From the IMG/VR virus record IMGVR_UViG_3300023116_000035, positions 6,303 through 70,302 of that record: a stretch of DNA of 64,000 nucleotides, one strand, 5' to 3'. The notes below the pieces were generated by a model. The model was not told the origin of the DNA. It was given only the letters and a program-made list of their open reading frames with translations, and searched no databases. The stretch is from a virus. This document shows positions 60,596 to 64,000 of this stretch, piece after piece. Position numbers and translations under genes: made by a program. Every line of letters starts with the position of its first letter. Position 1 is the stretch's first letter.

Positions 60596-61066
60596 TCAGT
60601 CTTTCGTGAGAGCGACCCGCCGGAACAAGCGCACCGTTCCGTCTGCGGATGCTCGCACCCCCGCATCCTTGCTTGATGCTGGTGTGACCCACCCGATCTG
60701 CCCGACCGTTCCCATGTGGGTGGCTGGCGTGACCCGACCGTTCCGCACCGGCAGGTTGTAGGTGTTGTTCAGGTTCTCCATAGAACCGCCGACCGCCGTG
60801 AGAGCGTCCAACGGGATGTCGATGTATTCGGCGCAGTTGGTGGCGACGTAATCCCATGTGAACCGACCGCCGTTGCTAGGCGTGACCGGCTCGCAGTTCA
60901 GCAGGCTGGTGATGACAGCGTGCAAGGCGAGAGTCATATCGGGCTGGCGTGACCCCTTCTTGCGGGCGTAGGTCACGAGTGCGTCAATGTCCGCACGTTT
61001 CGGAATGGTCACACCCTTGACCGTGATGCTGGCTCGCAGTTCCTTGATGGTGTAGTTCGTGTTCAT
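60596..61066 (-). CDS. Hypothetical protein (MNTNYTIKELRASIT...)
   Basis: GAAGGAAA RBS; promoter TTGCAT-17-TACTGT at 61109-61137. Confidence 0.75.
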   Translation of the reverse strand: MNTNYTIKELRASITVKGVTIPKRADIDALVTYARKKGSRQPDMTLALHAVITSLLNCEPVTPSNGGRFTWDYVATNCAEYIDIPLDALTAVGGSMENLNNTYNLPVRNGRVTPATHMGTVGQIGWVTPASSKDAGVRASADGTVRLFRRVALTKD

Positions 61067-61297
61067 AGTTTCCTTCCGTCCGGTTCGGTTGTTCACCGGA
61101 CATCCATCACAGTACTTTGCCCAAACGCCGAATGCAACTCTTTCTAACATCTTTCGGCCTGGGTCGAAGCTGGACCATGCTTTGACCCTTGTAAACACAG
61201 GATTTCCGCAGGTCCTTAGGTAATGCATTACCTTCCTCGGATATGTATTAAAATTTTGGGCAATGTTGGGGTTGGTGTTCCTTAGGACAATTATTTG

Positions 61298-61906
61298 TTA
61301 AAGGATGGGGTGTTTGTCTTCGGGTGGGTTTTTGCGAATTTTGGGGATTTGGAAGTGTCGGGGGATAGGCGATACTGCTTTTTCTGTTGGATAGACAATA
61401 GGGGTGTGTTTTGGGGTGTGTCTCATTTTGCGGGGTTTCTTGTCTTTCAGCAGGATCGTGTCGATTCTGTTGCTTCTTAGGTAGTCTACGACTCTTTTTT
61501 GGTCTTCATAGGTGTCGTCGTGTTTGCCGATGACTCTGGTTATTCCTGAGTTGGCGATGAGTTTGGCGCAACTGTAACATGGTGAGCCGTTGATGATTAT
61601 GGTTGCTTCTTGTCGTGCTATGGGGTCTGCCCACATGATGGCGTTTGCTTCTGCGTGTGTTGCAATGCAGTTGTCGTATATTGAGCCTGATGGCGAGTTT
61701 TGTTGTGCTCTGGGACATGCTCCTTGTGTGCAATGGCGTGCTCCCGGCGGTGACCCGTTGTATCCTTGACTGATTAGTCTTTTGTTGCTGCCAATTATGA
61801 CGGCGAAATATTGCCGTTTTGAGCATGTGGAGAATATTGGTGCGAGTGCGTCACATGCTTGAAGCCATTTTTGTTCGTGTGGTTTTATGATCGTGTTTTC
61901 GTACAT
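61298..61906 (-). CDS. dCMP deaminase
   Basis: 'STC.KR', 'GYNGSP', 'HAEANA', 'SPCYSC'. Confidence 0.92.
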   Translation of the reverse strand: MYENTIIKPHEQKWLQACDALAPIFSTCSKRQYFAVIIGSNKRLISQGYNGSPPGARHCTQGACPRAQQNSPSGSIYDNCIATHAEANAIMWADPIARQEATIIINGSPCYSCAKLIANSGITRVIGKHDDTYEDQKRVVDYLRSNRIDTILLKDKKPRKMRHTPKHTPIVYPTEKAVSPIPRHFQIPKIRKNPPEDKHPIL

Positions 61907-62017
61907 CGTTCCTCTTTATGTCGTTTATCGCATTGTACGACATTTTAGACGGCTCTGAGGCCATTTCTGAACGGAAGTTAGTTTTTTCGGACACTGCCAA
62001 GTCGGGGTGCTGAATAG

Positions 62018-62051
62018 AAAAAAGACCCCGTTTTGGATAAGGGGTCTCTTT
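62018..62051 (-). terminator. Rho-independent terminator
   Basis: A6 then GACCCC...GGGGTC. Confidence 0.7.
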
Positions 62052-62071
62052 CTTACATTATGTGGTTTGAT

Positions 62072-62197
62072 TTAGTTCATTTTGAAGTATGCGAGCGCTT
62101 TCAACATTTCTCGCTCCAAGTCATCTGTTAAGCGTGTGTCTGCTACATAATTTTGACGTTGACGACGGTTACGTAAACGATTCATTACTTTTGTCAT
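62072..62197 (-). CDS. Small basic protein (41 aa, not in ORF track)
   Basis: AAGGAGGT RBS; MTKVMNRLRNRRQRQNYVADTRL... Confidence 0.55.
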   Translation of the reverse strand: MTKVMNRLRNRRQRQNYVADTRLTDDLEREMLKALAYFKMN

Positions 62198-62250
62198 TTG
62201 TGTGGTTTACCTCCTTGATACTTCCAGTATAAGTACTGGCTGTTTGGGTA

Positions 62251-63297
62251 TCAAGATTGTAGTCCGGTGAAAGCCGTCACATCTTTAGCCCACTCTATCC
62301 TTGAATTGATAATGTCCCAGTATTCGTCAGTAAGTTCAAAGCCTGTAACGTTACAGTTCTCTAGTATAGCAGCAACCGCTGTAGTACCGGAGCCTAAAAA
62401 GGGATCAAACACATGGCCTTGTGGTGGGGTAACAAGACGAATCAGATACCTCATCAGGTCGATAGGTTTCACAGTAGGGTGATTATTTGATACACCTGAA
62501 GCGTTTTTCTCCGACTTTGATGCTTTTGCACTATAAATAAACGGAGGGATGTCGTTAACCCCGTCCCAAATAGCGTCGTAGAAAAAATCTGATGCACCAG
62601 GGTACTGCTTTTCTACAGTTTTTACTCCACAATCGTCTTCGCATTGTGTTTCTGTGCAGTTAACGGAGTGGCTGAACAGCACATTTGATGGAAATCGCCC
62701 AGTTACATACTTATCTTCTGGTTTTATGCCTTCAACACGATCTCTATCGGCAAAACCACCAAAGTTATTGTACACTTGGATCTTAATTTGCTCATCACCG
62801 ACCCTTGTAGCCTCAATATTGAAAGCTCCAACGCCCCATTTTTCTACATTCTTGTAAATTGGGCCTTTAAATGGCTTTCTTGCAAGCACAATAGGCTCAT
62901 GTGCTGGCTTTAGACAGGTTCCCCACCCATTCCATTGCTGTTGTAAGTCACTGCCGTCCTCAAAGCGTGTTCCTAGATTGACAGATTTGGGGAAACCGCT
63001 ACCATATATCCAATGAAGGCTGTCTTTTACTTCGAAGCCTGCTTCTTCAATCGCAACTGCGATGCGATGGTACGTTCTTGATGCACTAAAAGATAGTAAG
63101 TGTCCGCCCGGCTTAAGCGTGCGGAGGCATTCTGACCAGAACTCTGTGTTGTAAGCAATCCCACTTCTATCCCATCCTTTGTTGATAAAGTTGATTTCAT
63201 ACGGAGGGTCCGTAACAATTGAATCAAACGTATTATCAGGGATATTTTTTACTAGGTCAAGAGAATCGCCATATTGAATGTTAAAATTTTTAGACAT
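62251..63297 (-). CDS. N6-adenine/N4-cytosine DNA methyltransferase (beta class)
   Basis: 'TDPPY' before 'HPTVKP' and 'DPFLGSGTT'. Confidence 0.92.
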   Translation of the reverse strand: MSKNFNIQYGDSLDLVKNIPDNTFDSIVTDPPYEINFINKGWDRSGIAYNTEFWSECLRTLKPGGHLLSFSASRTYHRIAVAIEEAGFEVKDSLHWIYGSGFPKSVNLGTRFEDGSDLQQQWNGWGTCLKPAHEPIVLARKPFKGPIYKNVEKWGVGAFNIEATRVGDEQIKIQVYNNFGGFADRDRVEGIKPEDKYVTGRFPSNVLFSHSVNCTETQCEDDCGVKTVEKQYPGASDFFYDAIWDGVNDIPPFIYSAKASKSEKNASGVSNNHPTVKPIDLMRYLIRLVTPPQGHVFDPFLGSGTTAVAAILENCNVTGFELTDEYWDIINSRIEWAKDVTAFTGLQS

Positions 63298-64000
63298 TTC
63301 TACCTGTTTCTTTTGCTGTCTCTATAATCAACTCTTCGATCCCCAAACCTTCAATGTTTTGGATATATGAAGGTATGTTCCATGTGCCAACATCTCTGTG
63401 GAAGAACACATCTCTTTCTTTATACGACTTTAATGCAACATTGTATATGATTTCCGCAAAATCTGTTGCATTTAAAAAGTTACTTCGAAGATTTTCCATT
63501 GCTAGAGCTTGCGCATTTGTCCAGAATGGCGTGTTGTACTTGCTTCCTGCAAGATAATGAAGACAAATCATTGATTCTATTTCTTCAATATCTACATGGT
63601 AGTTAAGGTTGCAGTCTTCTGCGTACAGTATATCTTCGTGATCCCACAAAGTTAAAGCGTGTCTGTTGATTTCGTGTATTAATGTTGTTGATGTTGCTTC
63701 CAATGGCTCTAGAAAGAATGAAGCGTTACCGTTATAGACGGTGTTACCAATAAAGTTTTCTTTCCTAAGATAGTTGTTAAAGTTTATTTTGTTTTCATTA
63801 ACTATTTCTTCAAGTTTGCTACTGAATTCCAGCTCCGACAAGGCTTCGTTGAAGTCTTTTTCAACTTCTTCTGCTGCTGAAATGTTTCTGTTGTATAGAT
63901 AACCAAAAGAGATTCGGTTAGTTAATGGGATACCAAAGATCCATCCGTGTGGTCTGGCGATGCATAACGTATAATCTATTAGAGCATGTGTCGCTGAGAA
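63290..64000 (-). CDS. Tryptophan-halogenase-like flavoprotein (5' end beyond window)
   Basis: Frame open to the window edge; 'ARPHGWIFGIPL', 'GNASFFLEPLEATS', 'HY.AGSKY.TPFW'. Confidence 0.75.
   Translation of the reverse strand, partial: FSATHALIDYTLCIARPHGWIFGIPLTNRISFGYLYNRNISAAEEVEKDFNEALSELEFSSKLEEIVNENKINFNNYLRKENFIGNTVYNGNASFFLEPLEATSTTLIHEINRHALTLWDHEDILYAEDCNLNYHVDIEEIESMICLHYLAGSKYNTPFWTNAQALAMENLRSNFLNATDFAEIIYNVALKSYKERDVFFHRDVGTWNIPSYIQNIEGLGIEELIIETAKETGRNV

Noticed and set aside
58310-61228. Longer ORF-track starts (58807, 59576, 60042, 60345, 61228)
   Set aside because: Extensions run through promoters or neighbouring genes; downstream ATGs have clear RBSs
1-64000. Alternative genetic code
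   Set aside because: Core genes translate full-length with the standard code and all three stop codons terminate genes

Overview
This is a 64-kb segment of a large tailed dsDNA phage, probably a siphovirus of an actinobacterial host (two WhiB genes, candidate leaderless genes, and a gene order recalling large Streptomyces-type phages). On the + strand, in order, are: tape measure and tail genes (1-13.6 kb); holin-like, HNH and phosphoesterase genes; a replication/recombination block (DnaB helicase, primase, SSB, C5 DNA methylase, DnaE polymerase, RecA, Cas4-like and RuvC-like nucleases); glycosyltransferases and terminase (31.6-36.7 kb); and ~18 kb of small accessory genes with a tRNA-Arg flanked by structured non-coding elements. 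Transcription converges at ~55.3-55.8 kb. The most striking feature is 55.8-60.55 kb, an array of stand-alone minus-strand gene cassettes saturated with the pentamer CTAAC/GTTAG (~135-140 copies by manual count versus ~9 expected). The motif sits in promoter spacers, between RBS and ATG, in stop codons, in terminator loops and in synonymous codons. The cassettes are separated by two classes of inverted-repeat sites (GTTAGGTTAG...CTAACCTAAC). Satellite clusters at 35.2 and 36.8 kb lie next to members of a small RGR-motif protein family that is also encoded in the array. The window ends with dCMP deaminase, an N6/N4 DNA methylase and a partial tryptophan-halogenase-like gene. All calls are by eye from motifs; no searches were run.
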